From Eledone cirrhosa (lineage: Eukaryota): a stretch of 64,000 bases of DNA. Of the stretch, positions 12,522 to 29,712 are shown piece after piece. The position numbers and the translations under genes are program-made. The stretch is from positions 18,600,001-18,664,000 of the forward strand of contig OZ024747.1 in NCBI GenBank assembly GCA_964016885.1, read 5' to 3'. Every line of letters begins with the position of its first letter. Position 1 is the first letter of the stretch. The notes beneath the pieces were generated by a model that saw nothing but the letters and a program-made list of their open reading frames with translations, was not told the DNA's origin and did not search any database.

Positions 12522-12600
12522 GCTATCTGATGAAATTTACTTTCCGTTGGAAATTCTCTGAATTTCTAATCTTTTGTAAATGGAAACCGCCGGTAATAGC
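12522..12600 (+). ncRNA. Type I hammerhead ribozyme motif with extended stem II
   Basis: GCTAT-CTGATGA-aATTTAC...(ttggaaattc tct gaatttctaa)...GTAAATg-GAAA-CC(gcc)GG-TA-ATAGC; predicted GUA cleavage after 12595. Confidence 0.82.
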
Positions 12601-12789
12601 ATTATGAACAGGTAGATAATTAAATCATTTTTTAATTTATCTAAATGATTATGTAATGTTTGTTTGTTCTGCTCATCAATTTTTATAGTTCTGTCTGGTA
12701 TCTCGAATTAGTACCATAGAACAACAATTATATTATAGACACCCTATATATCTCTATGGGTACTTAGTACTCAGTGAGATATTTACCTC

Positions 12790-13950
<1,161 letters not shown>

Positions 13951-14208
13951 TCTGCATCATATTCTTTCGGATTGCTAGGGTGTGTTTCAGTAGAAAATTG
14001 CAAGGATGTAAGTGATTAGCTTAGTTTTAGGAAACGGGGTAAATACAAGTAGAAAAATGTAGGCTATCAAGACTGTACTCCCGCTAACCTGAACAGACAG
14101 ACAAACAAATACAACAGTGATATCTACATCTGGTGCAATCATGTCTATGTGTACATATATTGCATCTACACACACACATTCACACCACCATTTTAAGATA
14201 TACATCTC

Positions 14209-14308
<100 letters not shown>

Positions 14309-14513
14309 ACGAAGGAAATGTGGTAAGGAACCAGATGGACCATAACGCACCAAAGTACTCAATAATATATATGTATATATATATATATATATACATATTT
14401 ATATATATATACACATATATATATATATATACATATATATGTGTATGTATATATATGTGTGTATATATATACATACATAGATATATATACATGCATATAT
14501 ATATATACATACA

Positions 14514-14546
<33 letters not shown>

Positions 14547-14616
14547 GTATATATATATTTAAAGCGAAGTAATACCGATGATGGTTGGAAGATCACTGAT
14601 GAAGGACCACTTTATT

Positions 14617-15419
<803 letters not shown>

Positions 15420-16189
15420 ACAGGTATATAGATATTTAAACAATCTAGTAAGTACGTCAAGTATATACCCAAATAGATCGGAAGTTGTTGAAGGATCTCT
15501 CTCCTGCTATTAAATATAACATAAATATAACAGAAGAGTGTTAGGGTCTTTTTCACTTGTTATAAGTAGAATAGGCGGTGAAATGGCTAAACCGTTATAA
15601 TATTTTACAGCATTCGTTTCGGCTCTCTACTCTTTGAGTTCAAATCAAATCCTGTTCATATCAACTTTACGTTTTATCTATTCGATAACAATAAAGTACA
15701 CGTGTAATACTAGGGCCGATATTTCTTCTATGTATCTAACCCTTATCTCACCCTATTTCTGGAAGAAAACTGCTATGTTCCGACCTAGAGACGGATGGCT
15801 TCCGCTAGGTTTAAACATATGTAATGACGGTGCCCCTATTATTGGTTAACATTACTTTCATCATCTAAAAATTGCAAGTTGTACGCTGACATATATCTCA
15901 CACACTCACATATACCCCCCCCCCCACCCACACACACACATACATCAGCAAATAGAGCTGCAGGAAAATACATAGGGAAGTGTCCTGCATAGTAAGTATA
16001 TCATCATCATCATCATCATCATCATTTTACGTCCACTTTTCCCTGCTTGCAAGGGTGGGACGGGAACTGATTCTGGCTTGATTTCTACAGCTGGATGCCC
16101 TTCCTAACACCAACCTCATTTACAGTAAGTGCTGGGTGCTTTTTTGCCGTGGCACCTCCACGACCACTTTGCAGTGGAATGATAGGGAC

Positions 16190-16330
16190 TCCAGTCCTAT
16201 CATCTCATTTCTGGAGCAATGTGAAATAAAATGTCTTGCTCAAGGAAACAACACATCACCCGGTCTGAGAATTGAACTCACAACCTTTCGATTGCAAGAC
16301 CAATGCTCTAACCAATAAGCCATGTGCCTT
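16190..16330 (-). mobile_element. tRNA-derived SINE with CORE-like box (second family)
   Basis: Reverse complement: GGCACATGGCTTATTGGTTAGAGCATTGGTCTTGCAATCGAAAGGTTGTGAGTTCAATTCTCAGACCG..TTCCTTGAGCAAGACA; same family as 60534 and 62178. Confidence 0.75.
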
Positions 16331-16345
16331 CATCTATATATATAT

Positions 16346-16572
16346 ATTTATTAAAATAACAGATTAAAGTTTAAGCAAAGAATCGCTGCTTTCACCCTTT
16401 ACGGGATCTTCTGAAACAGAAGATCCCGTTAAGGGTGAAAGCAGCGATTCTTTGCTTAAACTTTAATCTGTTATTTTAATAAATATTTACTCTAGGGTTC
16501 TTATATATTTGATATATATTTATCGTTATCGAGCCCTCTTTGAATTTTAGTCTTCACATTTATTATTATTAC
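16346..16572. mobile_element. Fold-back cassette of a TA-associated repeat family (also about 37590-37820, 23200-23280, 25070-25160, 52080-52150, 53820-53890)
   Basis: Arms of about 70 bp (ttattaaaataacagattaaagtttaagcaaagaatcgctgctttcaccc and its reverse complement) plus the shared tail attttagtcttcaaatttattattattac. Confidence 0.75.
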
Positions 16573-16574
16573 TA

Positions 16575-16890
16575 TTGTTCTTTGAGTCTCAGTTATTGAT
16601 GTTATTTAACTGGAAAGTTTGTTGAAATGAATATCAAGCCGCTACCTGCAGCCTCAGATATTCAGGACGTATCGGAGGGTTCTTGCTGTTCTCAGCAAGC
16701 ATGCCTTTTGAAGTGTTCCAAAAAGCGGGGCTGGACTAATCTTCTTTAACCATCCTTGGAAACTCTTTGAGATAGTACCTAGTGCGGGACGACCTTAATT
16801 TCATGACAGTTCCAAATCCTTTTTAACTCTTTGAGATAGTACCTAGTGCGGGACGACCTTAATTTCATGACAGTTCCAAATCCTTTTTAA
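16575..16890 (-). mobile_element. 3' end of an R4/Dong-clade non-LTR retrotransposon (RLE C-terminus), with a local duplication of about 62 bp
   Basis: Minus translation KRIWNCHEIKVVP/ALGTISKSFQGWLKKISPAPLFGTLQKACLLRTARTLRYVLNI* (stop at 16654-16656); the 3' end lies next to (TAA)n. Confidence 0.8.
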
Positions 16891-16897
16891 CTCCCAC

Positions 16898-17236
16898 TAT
16901 TATTATTATTATTATAGTTGCATTTCTCTTGCTTTATGTTCATACGAGTTATCACCAAGTCACAACCAGTGACCTCAAGAGACAACAAGGTCCGCCATGT
17001 TCAAGAAAGAACATACATACACACACGTGCATCTTTAGGTGTTTAGACTTGTGATGTACTTATATTGACAGAATCTTTCTTAGTATATGGGCAGTTCCCA
17101 TTAGTACTATCTTTTGTATTTCTCCTAAACGTGGGTTTCCTGGGATTTGCGATAAGTAATCATTAGACCCCTTAGGTATCATTCCTAGAGCGCCTACAAC
17201 CACTGGTATTGTTTTAGTTCTCAATTTCCACATTTT
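16898..17236 (-). mobile_element. 3' end of a second R4/Dong-clade retrotransposon
   Basis: Minus translation KMWKLRTKTIPVVVGALGMIPKGSNDYLSQIPGNPRLGEIQKIVLMGTAHILRKILSI* (17236-17060); the 3' UTR ends in (TAA)n. Confidence 0.85.
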
Positions 17237-17492
17237 TAAACTAAATCCGACACCTAAATCAATAATACTGTCTGCTTATAAAAAATAATAAGCTTTTGGT
17301 ATAATGATCGAACAAGGATATCACTTTCTCAACAGGCATTTTGTTCTGCGTGCGCCAGAATCTCACAGCGTATGAAAGCATATATGAGGTTCTAAGGGGA
17401 GAAACCCCCTATTTTGGCCAATGAATTCAGCATGTGCAGTTATTGCAAAAGTTTGCAAAAATAGCACAAAACAAATTATGCTCTCGACCGAG

Positions 17493-17531
<39 letters not shown>

Positions 17532-18113
17532 TATACTTACCATGCAGAACACTTGCCTATGTATTTTCCTGCAGCTCTATAGTTATCAACATTAGTGATT
17601 TCCAGACACGCTGTAGACGTTATTATATCTACTACTTAATCTTACCAGTTAGCTACTGTTTTTTAATAAGCTAAACCCCAAAATAATCACAATAAGCGAC
17701 TCCCATTATAAATATATATATATATATGTTGATAACTATAATCATTTAATAACCTTATCCATGATAATAAGTAGTTTCCATTACACACACACATACGTAG
17801 GCTTCGTGGCACAATCGGGATAAATTAAACTCAATAGATGCTTAAACACGAAACTCCAGGGCCTTGCGTCGAGGGAACTTCATGATTATAAAGAAATATA
17901 TGTGTTTGTGTGTGCATGTGTGTGAACAAACTTCAGAGTCATACTGAAAAAGGTAAAAAAAGCAAAAAAAAAAAACACGATAGACAGAAACTAGTGAGAA
18001 AAATAAGATTTAAAAAAAATGATGTGTTTTTAGTTATTCGCTTATTTATTCATTGCGTTGTTTAGGTTTAAGACGTCAGAGAGCAGAAAATAGACTCTTT
18101 AATTCTTTCTTAT

Positions 18114-18255
<142 letters not shown>

Positions 18256-19688
18256 GACTCTTGAATTCTTTCACTTATTTCCTCTATTTATATATATAGA
18301 TATACATACATACACACACACACATATATATATTAACTGATTGTTGCTGTTGTTTTTTGTTTGTTTTTCTGTAGTCTTTGTTTTATCATCATTCCGTTTA
18401 CGCCTACACCTCCCTCAGAAATTTCTACGCTGTCTCATAAGATTTACTCCTTATGTAAAATATGACACAACTTCCGGTGTAGGCGTTCCACCTTATTAAT
18501 AGATTTGATATTTTGAGTTTTGTCTCAGTCAACAAGCCCCCACACTGTGGTGTGATGTGTTGCTCACTGTGAAGTGTTGGCTAGTGGTGATGATGATGAT
18601 GATGTAAAATGATAGAGAGAATCACCACTTTTCTTTCTTCTGCATTGTTTTAATGTTGTTTTGTTTTCTTACATTTTTTTTTTGTTTCTTCCTCCAAGAT
18701 GACAATATACGAGGTATTTCACTGTGATTTCACGCCAGGCTTGCGCTATGACTCTTTATGCTGTTATTTCGGCTGTCAGATTAAAGTGATAACTAGCTTC
18801 ATTTTCAGTTATATATTTTGATATATATTCGTAGATATATATCAGTAGCAAAGGAGTGTAGAGAAAGAACATAACAGGTAGAGAAAGAAAAAGAGAGAGA
18901 CAGTGTGTATGTGAGTGTGAAGACAAATAGTGTGTCTGTGTGTGTGAAGAAGAGTAAGAGTGTGTATATATGTGTGCGTGAAGGTGAGAAAGAAGGGGAG
19001 AGATGCATGTGTTTGGGTAATTAAGAGAAGAAAAAATGGTGTTATGAAGAATCAAAGCAATGAAGTAGCAGAGTTATTATGAATTATAACTGTTGATAGA
19101 TGCATTGAGAAAGAGAAAAATAATGTGTGAATAAAGAGAGAGGGAGTTTTGAATGATAGAACAAAGGGAAAGAAAGACATGGTGTATACAAATAACCCCT
19201 AATGGAAACTTGTATGTATATATGGATGGATAGATGGATGAATATGTGGGTGGACTCGTAACTCCTGGTGGAATCGTAGGGGTGCGTCATGATCATGACA
19301 TACAGCGAGTCTTCGACACTTTAAAACTGACGGAGCCCATTTCCTCTCTAGGTCTGAATACAGCCAATTTTTTCCAGGGAAGGAAAAGAAGGGAAGTTAG
19401 AGAGACATAGAGAAAGAAACGACTCCAGTAATGGACAGGCACTTTTTTTATCGAATTTGAAAGGATGAATGGCAAAGATGACATCGGCGGAATTTGAACT
19501 TACAGAGCTCAGAGACCCGGAACAAATATCCCAAAGCATTTTATTGGACGTTCTAACGATTCTGCCAATTCACCGCACTTTGGTAGAGGGTCGGACGATT
19601 TGTTTTGTTTTTCTTTTTTCTTTGTAAAAGTAAAAGAAATAGCAAAATACAGTGGAGTTTGGAAGGAAGGAAATAGAAGAGAAAAACA

Positions 19689-19757
<69 letters not shown>

Positions 19758-21078
19758 GAGAGACAGAGAGAGAGAGCTTCTATGATTTATATATGATGAT
19801 ATATTAAGAAGGAAATGGGGGATATGGTTGAAAGAGAGTTTTGGGGGATAATAGGAAGAAAGGGAAGAAGGAAGGTGGGAAGAACGGAAGGAAAGTAGGA
19901 AATAATGTCAGGCGCCATTTTGAGTTATTTCTTAACTAATCATGTTCAACAGCCATGTAACAAGTCATCAAAGTCAACCATGATTCTATAATAACAACTG
20001 ACAAATATATTTATCTTGGACAGCTGGTAGATGTGGAATAGTCTATAGCCTTATGGAGGAAGTCAAAAGATAAGTTCAGGCTAGATGGTGTGATTTTCGT
20101 AAACCGATATAGTAAAAAGTAAGACGCCATTATAAATGAAGCGTAGTGTTTGACCAGTTTATCTATCATACCAGTAATATCTTGGTGGGTAGAGACATGG
20201 TCGATGACTAAAACCATGGGGAAGATGCTTAGAGGAACACAAAGAAGTATAGAAACTTGCATGTTAGAAATCACGAAAATAATTACAGAAAAAATAATCT
20301 GAATAATCAATAAAGACTCTCTTTGGTTATTGTTGGCATAGATTTGTACCTGGAAATCTCTCTCATAAGTCCAAACCTGGGTAAGGTGTTTCGTGGGAAA
20401 TCAGCTGTCGCTGTTGCACGCAAGTCTCTCCTCTCCAGTCACATATGTTGTCTAAGGAAATTATTAACAATAGAATATGTTATCGCAAATTATTAACAAT
20501 AGAACGGACTTAAAAAAAACTAAAATAAATTGTCTTGCTCAAGGACACAATGTGCAACCCGATCCGAGGATAGCACTAATGACCTTATGTACTTTTGTTA
20601 ACTTTCTCATTAACTGTTAAGGCATGTGGCTTAGTGTTTAGGGTGTTGAACTTACGACCTTACGATCGCAAGGTCAACACCCTAACTATTAAGCCACGCG
20701 GTCTCATATTTAATCAATAGGAAAATAAACAAAGGTACATCATAAAACTATTGAGAAGAGAAAATGGAGGTAGACAGGGCATGTGACATGAACGAATTTA
20801 AACAGATGGACGAAGTTATATATAAAATGGATACTGAGGAGTTGGGGCAGTTGATAAAGTCAACCCAGTATTTGACTGGTATATATCTTATCGATGCTCG
20901 CCACCAAAAGGCGATGTCAGAATGTAAAAGATACGTGAATATAATGGTGGTGGTGGGGGGGATGAGTTTGAGTAATAGAAAGGAAAAAGGAAATAAAAGA
21001 AACTACCATTTCTTTCCTTTTCTTTCCATGCTGATACAGGTTTGAAGAGACAGAAAAAGTAAGATCGAAAATAAAGAG

Positions 21079-21177
<99 letters not shown>

Positions 21178-21364
21178 AGAAGAGGAGATAAAGAGAAGGA
21201 AAGAAATAACGATCAATCTTTTTTTTTTCATCTGTTTGTTGATTTACTTTTGAGGAGATATAGAAAGTCAGATAGAGATAGATAGATAGAGATAGGGAGA
21301 GAGAGATAGAGCATGGCAAGGAGGGTGATGTGAGACACCGTATGTATGTATGTATGTATGTATG

Positions 21365-21398
<34 letters not shown>

Positions 21399-21467
21399 TG
21401 TATGTACGTATGTATGTATCCATGTATGTACATATGTGCGTATGTATGTATGTATATATGTATGCAA

Positions 21468-21514
<47 letters not shown>

Positions 21515-22235
21515 TATATGTATTTATGTGTGAGTTGGGTAAAAAAATGAAAAAAGAAACTAATGTAGAGAAAGAAATAATGCCAGAGAGAGAGAGAGAG
21601 GGGGGGGGGGGTCTATATGAATTGTTTGTGTAACTGAAATGAATAGGGAAAGTATGCAATGACTTCTGTACGAAACTGTGTGGTGTACATATATGTATAT
21701 ATATATATACACGCACATATATATATATATATAATTAACAGTTTATTATCAAGAGAGATTGGAGTGGTTGACATTTTAACATTTTAGTTAACGTTTGTAG
21801 AAACATGAAATAAATATGTCACGAGATCCTGGGAGGATTTTCCCAATCTTTGTTGTATTTCTTGCTCCCCAGCTTATATAATAAATGTACCAAATAAATA
21901 ACACAAATCAACGAGGGCGTCTCCTCTTGACCTACTAAAAACAATAGTCAAATCTCTGCCACCAAATCACACGGCGGGAAGATAGCTGTCAGCATAGATT
22001 ACTACAATGAAGTAGGATCGTGAATGAATATATAGATATGGTGCTTATCAAGAAAGACTCCCTATTATAGGGAGAAAGATGTGTCTTGTATATTCTTAAT
22101 ACCCTGGAAAACACTGACAAACAATGATTCCATTTGTAATAGAAAAAGGAAATAACAATCCTATCGATACCAAGGTTTATTTTAAGGAAATTTTAGAACT
22201 GTACAAATCTTTGAGACAGTTGTTATGACATAGTG

Positions 22236-22322
22236 TACGAGGGTTGGCTGAAAAGTTCATAAGCTGACCAAGATACTCTCATGGAATGACTAAATGAAGT
22301 TTATTTTTCAACATAATCCCTG
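22236..22322 (+). mobile_element. Mariner-type terminal fragment
   Basis: TA-CGAGGGTTGGCTGAAAAGTTCATAAGCTGACCAAGATACTCTC...TTTTTCAACATAATCCC; homologous to 5068. Confidence 0.6.
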
Positions 22323-22972
22323 GAAAGAAACTATATTTTAAATAAGATTTTAATCAATGTTTTATATTTAAAAGTTTTTAGATTTTATTTTGAAGTTATA
22401 ATGCATTTTAGACTTTCTAGACCTAAAAAAATGTATTATAAAGTCTATTTAAAAAAAATCAAAATAAGGTTTTTCTGCTATTGTTAGGCCATTTTAAACT
22501 TTAATGGACTTTTAATGGACTTTTAGCCAAAAATTGTCCTGATAATTACATATACACATGTGAGTTTGTGGACGTATATGTAAGACTTTTGAGAAGTTAC
22601 GCAAAGCGAAACAAGACTACTTTCATATCATAAATTGTGGGAGGGGAATTCTCACAGAATTTCAGGAAACTTACATATTTCTTTTGCGAATCAAGGTGGG
22701 CCCCTTCGTACACTCCCCGGACCTCAGGCCAGTGTACGGTCTGAACATCCTTTTTAAGTGATCTGCACGTATGTTAGCGCATGTGTGTATACACATATGT
22801 GTTTTTGTGTGTAACAAGTGTTTCTTTACCTTTTTGGTTAACAGATAACACATGGGTAGAAAATCAATGTACTCACTGCCATGGAAAATAGTTCGTTGAT
22901 ATCTGAAAAATAGTAAATCAAAGATATTCCACAATCACACACATATACACGTTTGCTGTATATGTGTCCATG

Positions 22973-23094
<122 letters not shown>

Positions 23095-23282
23095 CACACA
23101 CATATATAAGCGTTAACCTAATATATACTTTTCATATACTGTACCGATTGTGTTGTTATTTCTGTTTACCTTTTACATACATATATATATTGTTAGTACA
23201 GATTAAAATTTAAACAAAGAATCGGTGCTTTCACCCTATTCCGGGGTCTTCGGATTTTGGCCTTCATAATTATTATTACTAT

Positions 23283-23339
<57 letters not shown>

Positions 23340-23342
<3 letters not shown>

Positions 23343-23945
23343 TGCCAACTCGTTTTCGAGTACGGCCACTACTTTATATCCATGTAGGAGAACCCCTACC
23401 GATGCGCTGAACGAGTGTCACTTTTTAGTCCAGCCAGAGACTTGAAAACTCTGGTCCAAACACTACACCTGTGACAATTATTGACACATAGTGCTGGGCC
23501 CATGGTACCATGTGACGACAAGTGCAGAGAGATCTCCAGATATAAAGCAATGCCTGTGCTGTGAAGCGTTTATAGTGAGGAAAGGCACTGCACAAAGCCA
23601 GTCCCACTCTCTTAACCAAGATGATATTTACCAAAAAGAAGAACAAGTCAACATCATTGGATACCATCAGGGTTGCAGGTGTTATATCAGAGTTTTCCTT
23701 CTCCTAGAATTCTGCCTTGAAAAAGGCTAAGGGGTCATCTCTCCCGGTGATTTTGGATGGCCATTGACTCTTAAGAGCTCCCTTGCCCTTTGACAGGTTT
23801 TGTTTTTAGTCCTGCAGGATGTCCAAAGTCACCCTCCTCACCAAGAAACCTTGGTGGGGTTGCCAGTTTAGTCGCCAACGACCCGACCATGAGACAGGTT
23901 GTACTGGGATACATGTTACCAGTAGCACCAACTGGTGACCTGACA
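23340..23945 (-). mobile_element. Probable decayed LINE 5' region (RTE-like), uncertain
   Basis: Island of higher GC between microsatellites, with motifs reminiscent of RTE 5' UTRs (gggtcgttggcgact, ggagaaggaaaactctg); no clear protein motif. Confidence 0.3.
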
Positions 23946-24023
23946 TAAATATATATATATACACACATACATACATATATATATATATATAAATGAAAAT
24001 ATATATATATACACACATACATA

Positions 24024-25072
<1,049 letters not shown>

Positions 25073-25157
25073 TTATTAAAATAACAGATTATATATTTGA
25101 TATATATCTATCCTTATCGAGCCCTCTTTGGATTTTAGTCTTCAAATTTATTATTAT

Positions 25158-25208
<51 letters not shown>

Positions 25209-25786
25209 TGCATAAATATATTGTATTTTATATAACATTTCTAAATATATGCAGATGATAAACACACGCGTCTGCAGATTTTCCTGTATACATATATACA
25301 TCCATATAAATAATTAAAACCTGCAATTCATATCACATTATATTTATGCCAAAGAAATTAGAAAAGTAGGTTAAACAAAAAATAAACCACCAACAGTAGC
25401 ATCCACCACCACCACCACTAACAACTCTATGACCACCTCAACCACCAATAACATCACTGTGACTACCACCAACAACATCAGCAATGCTACCACCACCGCC
25501 ACTACCAACAACAACAGCTGTAACGACAGAAACTTTAAATCAACAGAGTAATTATTTCTCGAGTTTACATTAATAGGAAAGGTATTCATTTACACCAACA
25601 GCACTCAAAGCTATTAATGAAGTCATAAGTGTTATAGAATTCTAAAGTGAAGTTAATGTTTGAATCAGAAATAATTATCCACTGGCGAGGATTGACAGTC
25701 AGAAATGGGCGAGCATCCGAAAATTGGGCATCACGAGATCACTTTTGGCCTCTCTCCTTCTCTGAATGAGCTAAGAAATTAGCGTT

Positions 25787-26432
25787 TACACCGTGATCCT
25801 CAACTATTCTTTCACCACAACACCGTGACCCTCAACTATCATTTCACCACCACACTGTGACCCTCAACTATCATTTCACCACCACACTGTGACCCTCAAC
25901 TATCATTTCACCACCGCACTGTGACCCTCAACTATCATTTCACCACCACACTGTGACCCTCAACTATTATTTCACCACCACACTGTGACCCTCAACTATC
26001 ATTTCACCACCACACTGTGACCCTCAACTATTCTTTCACTACAACACCGTGACCCTCAACTATTCTTTTACCATCACACCATGACCCTCAACTATCATTT
26101 CACCACATCGTGACCCCCAACTATCCTTTCACCACCACACTGTGACCCTAAACTATTCTTTCACCACAACACCATGACCCTCAACTATTCTTTCACCACA
26201 ACACCGTGACCCTCAATTATCCTTTCACCATCACACCGTTACCCTGAACTATCATTGCACCACCACACCTTGACTCTCAACTATCATTTCACCACGACAC
26301 AGTAACCCTATACTATCCTTTCACCACCACACCGCGACCCTCAAATATCCTTTTACCACCACACCGTGACCTTCAACTATCATTTCCCCACCACACTGCG
26401 GCCCTTAAATATCCTTTCACCACCACACTGCG
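25787..26432. repeat. 32-bp minisatellite, about 20 copies
   Basis: Unit tgaccctcaactatcatttcaccaccacactg; homogeneous in the centre, decaying at the edges; no spacers. Confidence 0.95.
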
Positions 26433-27250
26433 GTCCTCGTGGAGTCGAAAAGAAAGACATATCGGCAAATTCTTATGAATTTCCATATGACAACGAAACG
26501 GGTCGGTGCGCGCTTCAAGCCAAGCTGCCGAAGATGACCTCATGGGTCTAATTGAACAGCGATGAGATTAAATACACATGGATAGGAAACCGTGTATTTA
26601 TTTATTCTAGATACCTGACATAACCTTTTGGCACTTAATGATCGAAGCCCATATGGGATTCACTTCATTATATTTACACTCTATATGTGATATACGAAGC
26701 TACGAATTGACAGAGCTGCTAGAACATCGGATAGAATGGTTTGTAGGGGTCAATTTTTCATTTCATCCTTTCAAAGTCCAAAAGAAATGTACCAGTCCAG
26801 TATTGGGGTCGATTTTTTTTATATTTCTTTCTTTCTTCCTCTCTCTCACTTTCAAATCCGGAGAGAGGATGGGCTTCGCCTACGACTCCATCAGGAGTTA
26901 CAGGTTCATATAAACTATATGTGATGTATGATAACATCAGTTCTACACCGAAACACTTTCCACAGTTGGAATAACAGTCATAGAATATTTTAATAACCAC
27001 ACCAATTCCGTTTGAATTACAATAATTTTCTTTTTATTTCAGTTTTCTTTTTTTCTTTTGTTGGTTTTGATCTATTTTTCTCACTGTGACATTATCGACT
27101 GACATGATCTAAACCTGCTTGCAGACACGTTTATACTTAGACTCACACACACCCACAAAATGATGGACATAATTGTCCAAACACACCCTTTAGGATATGA
27201 GTGATGACCTATTCTGTTGATATAAGTACAGACACATGCACGAGTGCGCG

Positions 27251-27332
<82 letters not shown>

Positions 27333-27361
27333 GATGTTACAAGTTAAGAGAAGTAAGACCA

Positions 27362-27670
27362 TTTCATCCTTACGGGGTCGATAAAATAAAGTACCAGTAA
27401 TGTACTGGGTAATTGCTGGCCTTGTGCCAAAAGTAGAAACAAATATTTAACTTAGTACTTAGTAATGGCGGTGGATTGGCAGTATCGGTAGAGGGTCGGG
27501 TACCATGCTTTGACGCATAGAGTTACGGCCCTTGCCATTCTGAGATCAAATCCCGCCGAGGTTAACTTTGCCTTTCATCCTTACGGAGTCGATAAAATAA
27601 AGTACCAGTAATGCACTGAGTAATTGGTGGTCTTGTGCCAAAAGTAGAAGCAATTATTTAACTTAGTACT
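27362..27670 (+). mobile_element. Tandem Meta-type SINE dimer
   Basis: A truncated copy (27362-27441) and a full copy (27467-27655), each followed by atttaacttagtact. Confidence 0.85.
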
Positions 27671-28519
27671 CTGTACTTAGGGAAAGTAGAGTGCAGATAT
27701 TATAATAGGGATCTTTTTGTCAGACGGCTAAGCTTGACCCGTTTTAGTAGTGCTTATGGAAACGGCTTGAGCTTAATTCTCGTGCATAGCATCCTATCGT
27801 TATATATATATATATACATATATACATATATACATATGTATATATATATATATATATATAATCACGTGAATATGCACACAAACAAATTACAATGAAAAAA
27901 TAACTGAATATTCATTCATCTATATAAGATTAAATTGGTTAATTTTCTTTAAAAATCTAACTTATTTGTGTTGCCTTTTAGTAACTATAGAACTTATCTG
28001 TATTTCTTTTTAAAGTTTAATTCGCATGGGAAAATGTCAGCATGCTGGATTGTTTCATTTATTTAATGGTGAAAAATAGTAAGATAAAGTATTTTAGGAG
28101 TTATCAAAACGTAGATATACTTTTTCCCACTGATTTCATTGTTTAACGGAAACAACAGATTTAAGAGAGATTGTTTAGTAGACTTGATAAATACGTGAGC
28201 TGGTTTAGCACCAGAACTTTGGTTACATTTAACGGAATTTACTCTGTTGCAAACTTTCAGACTAGGAGTCCGGTTTTAAGGGTCCTTTGATATCCTGATG
28301 TGATGGTTCCTACTGTACCAGTTCGTGACTGACCGGGCTAATGGGAGTCACTATGTGGTCATTCTATCTGTAAGAAACAGCAATCAATTCTCCCTCAAAC
28401 TACACATTTACCGTCTTAAAACACATTCACTAATGCAGTCTAGGTTGCCTAATTCCTGGAAAAAAGACGGGGAGGTCATGGGCTGAATACCTTTCAATTA
28501 TAGAGGCTAGGCTACAATA

Positions 28520-28732
28520 ATAGTTTCTTATATACGCACAAGGCCAGCAATTTGGGGGAGGGGGAAGTCGATAAATCGACCCCAGTGCGTGACTGGTACT
28601 TTATTTTATCGACCCCGTAAGGATGAAAGGCAAAGTTAACCTCGACGGATTTGAACTCAGATTATAAAGGGCCGTACCTCTATGCTGAAAAGCATGGCGT
28701 CCGACCCCTCTACCGATACTGCTAATCCACCG
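28520..28732 (-). mobile_element. Meta-type SINE with TSD
   Basis: Flanked by the direct repeat gctaggctacaataata. Confidence 0.85.
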
Positions 28733-29582
28733 CACTGCTAGGCTACAATAATAATAACCCTTCTTCGCGTATTCCGCCCACTAGTCTTAGATTCGTGGAG
28801 AGAAAAAAACCTGTCATATGTGCTGCCCTCGTTCATTTGATTAAATCACGAAACAAGAAAAATAAAAGGAAATATTTCCATTTAATTTCTAGGATAGTAA
28901 ACTAAAAAATGTTTTTAAATGTTTTTCATCTGGGAGGTTCAGAAGAATAATTACACTGAACAATAAACAATTAGTTCTACGATGGAAAAAAAAATTCTTC
29001 TAGACGAAAATATAGGGGAAAAATTCTATGGCATATGAATGATATAAAAGTAAGTCTAGAGTAACGTTAGACAACATTCTCAATTGGGAATAAAAAGTAC
29101 GAAGATGTTTGTCTCCATTTATAATTATAAACAACATTTAGTTGTTGGTCGGAGATGGGGCCTAGCTACGTGGTAAAACAATTTTACTACACACAGATGT
29201 TGAATGACACACGCAGGAAAAACATTTGTGAGAGAGAGGAAATAAGAAAAATATATACAGAAAGAATAGACTGAAGTGTTACTTTATTTATCGAACTCGA
29301 GATATGAACTGGTAAAGTTGACCTCGACGTGATTTGAACTCAGACCGCAGGGAACCGGAACGACTAACATTCTAACGGCTCTGCCAATTCACTGCCTGTT
29401 AACAAGTTTAGGTAAATGGAATTTTCTGCGTGCTAAAAATAGTACAAAATGGGGGTTTTGCCGAAGAATTTTTGCTAAGGAATTTTATGGGTGCTAAAGA
29501 TGGTACATGCTGATACTTTTGTTGGAGAATTAGAATTAATGTGACGTTTATGTTTTTGTAAAGTGATTTTATTATTATGAAG

Positions 29583-29712
29583 GTCCCTTTACGATCTGAG
29601 TTCAAATCCCGCCGAGGTTGACTTTGCCTTTCATCCTTACGGGGTCGATAAAATAAAGTACCAGTAATGCACTGACTGGATAATTGCTGGCCTTGTGCCT
29701 AAAGTAGAAACA
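29583..29712 (+). mobile_element. 5'-truncated Meta-type SINE with TSD
   Basis: TSD attattatgaaggtc on both sides. Confidence 0.85.

Noticed and set aside
25787-26432. CRISPR-like 32-bp periodicity
   Set aside because: Units are contiguous with no unique spacers, there are no cas genes, and the context is eukaryotic.
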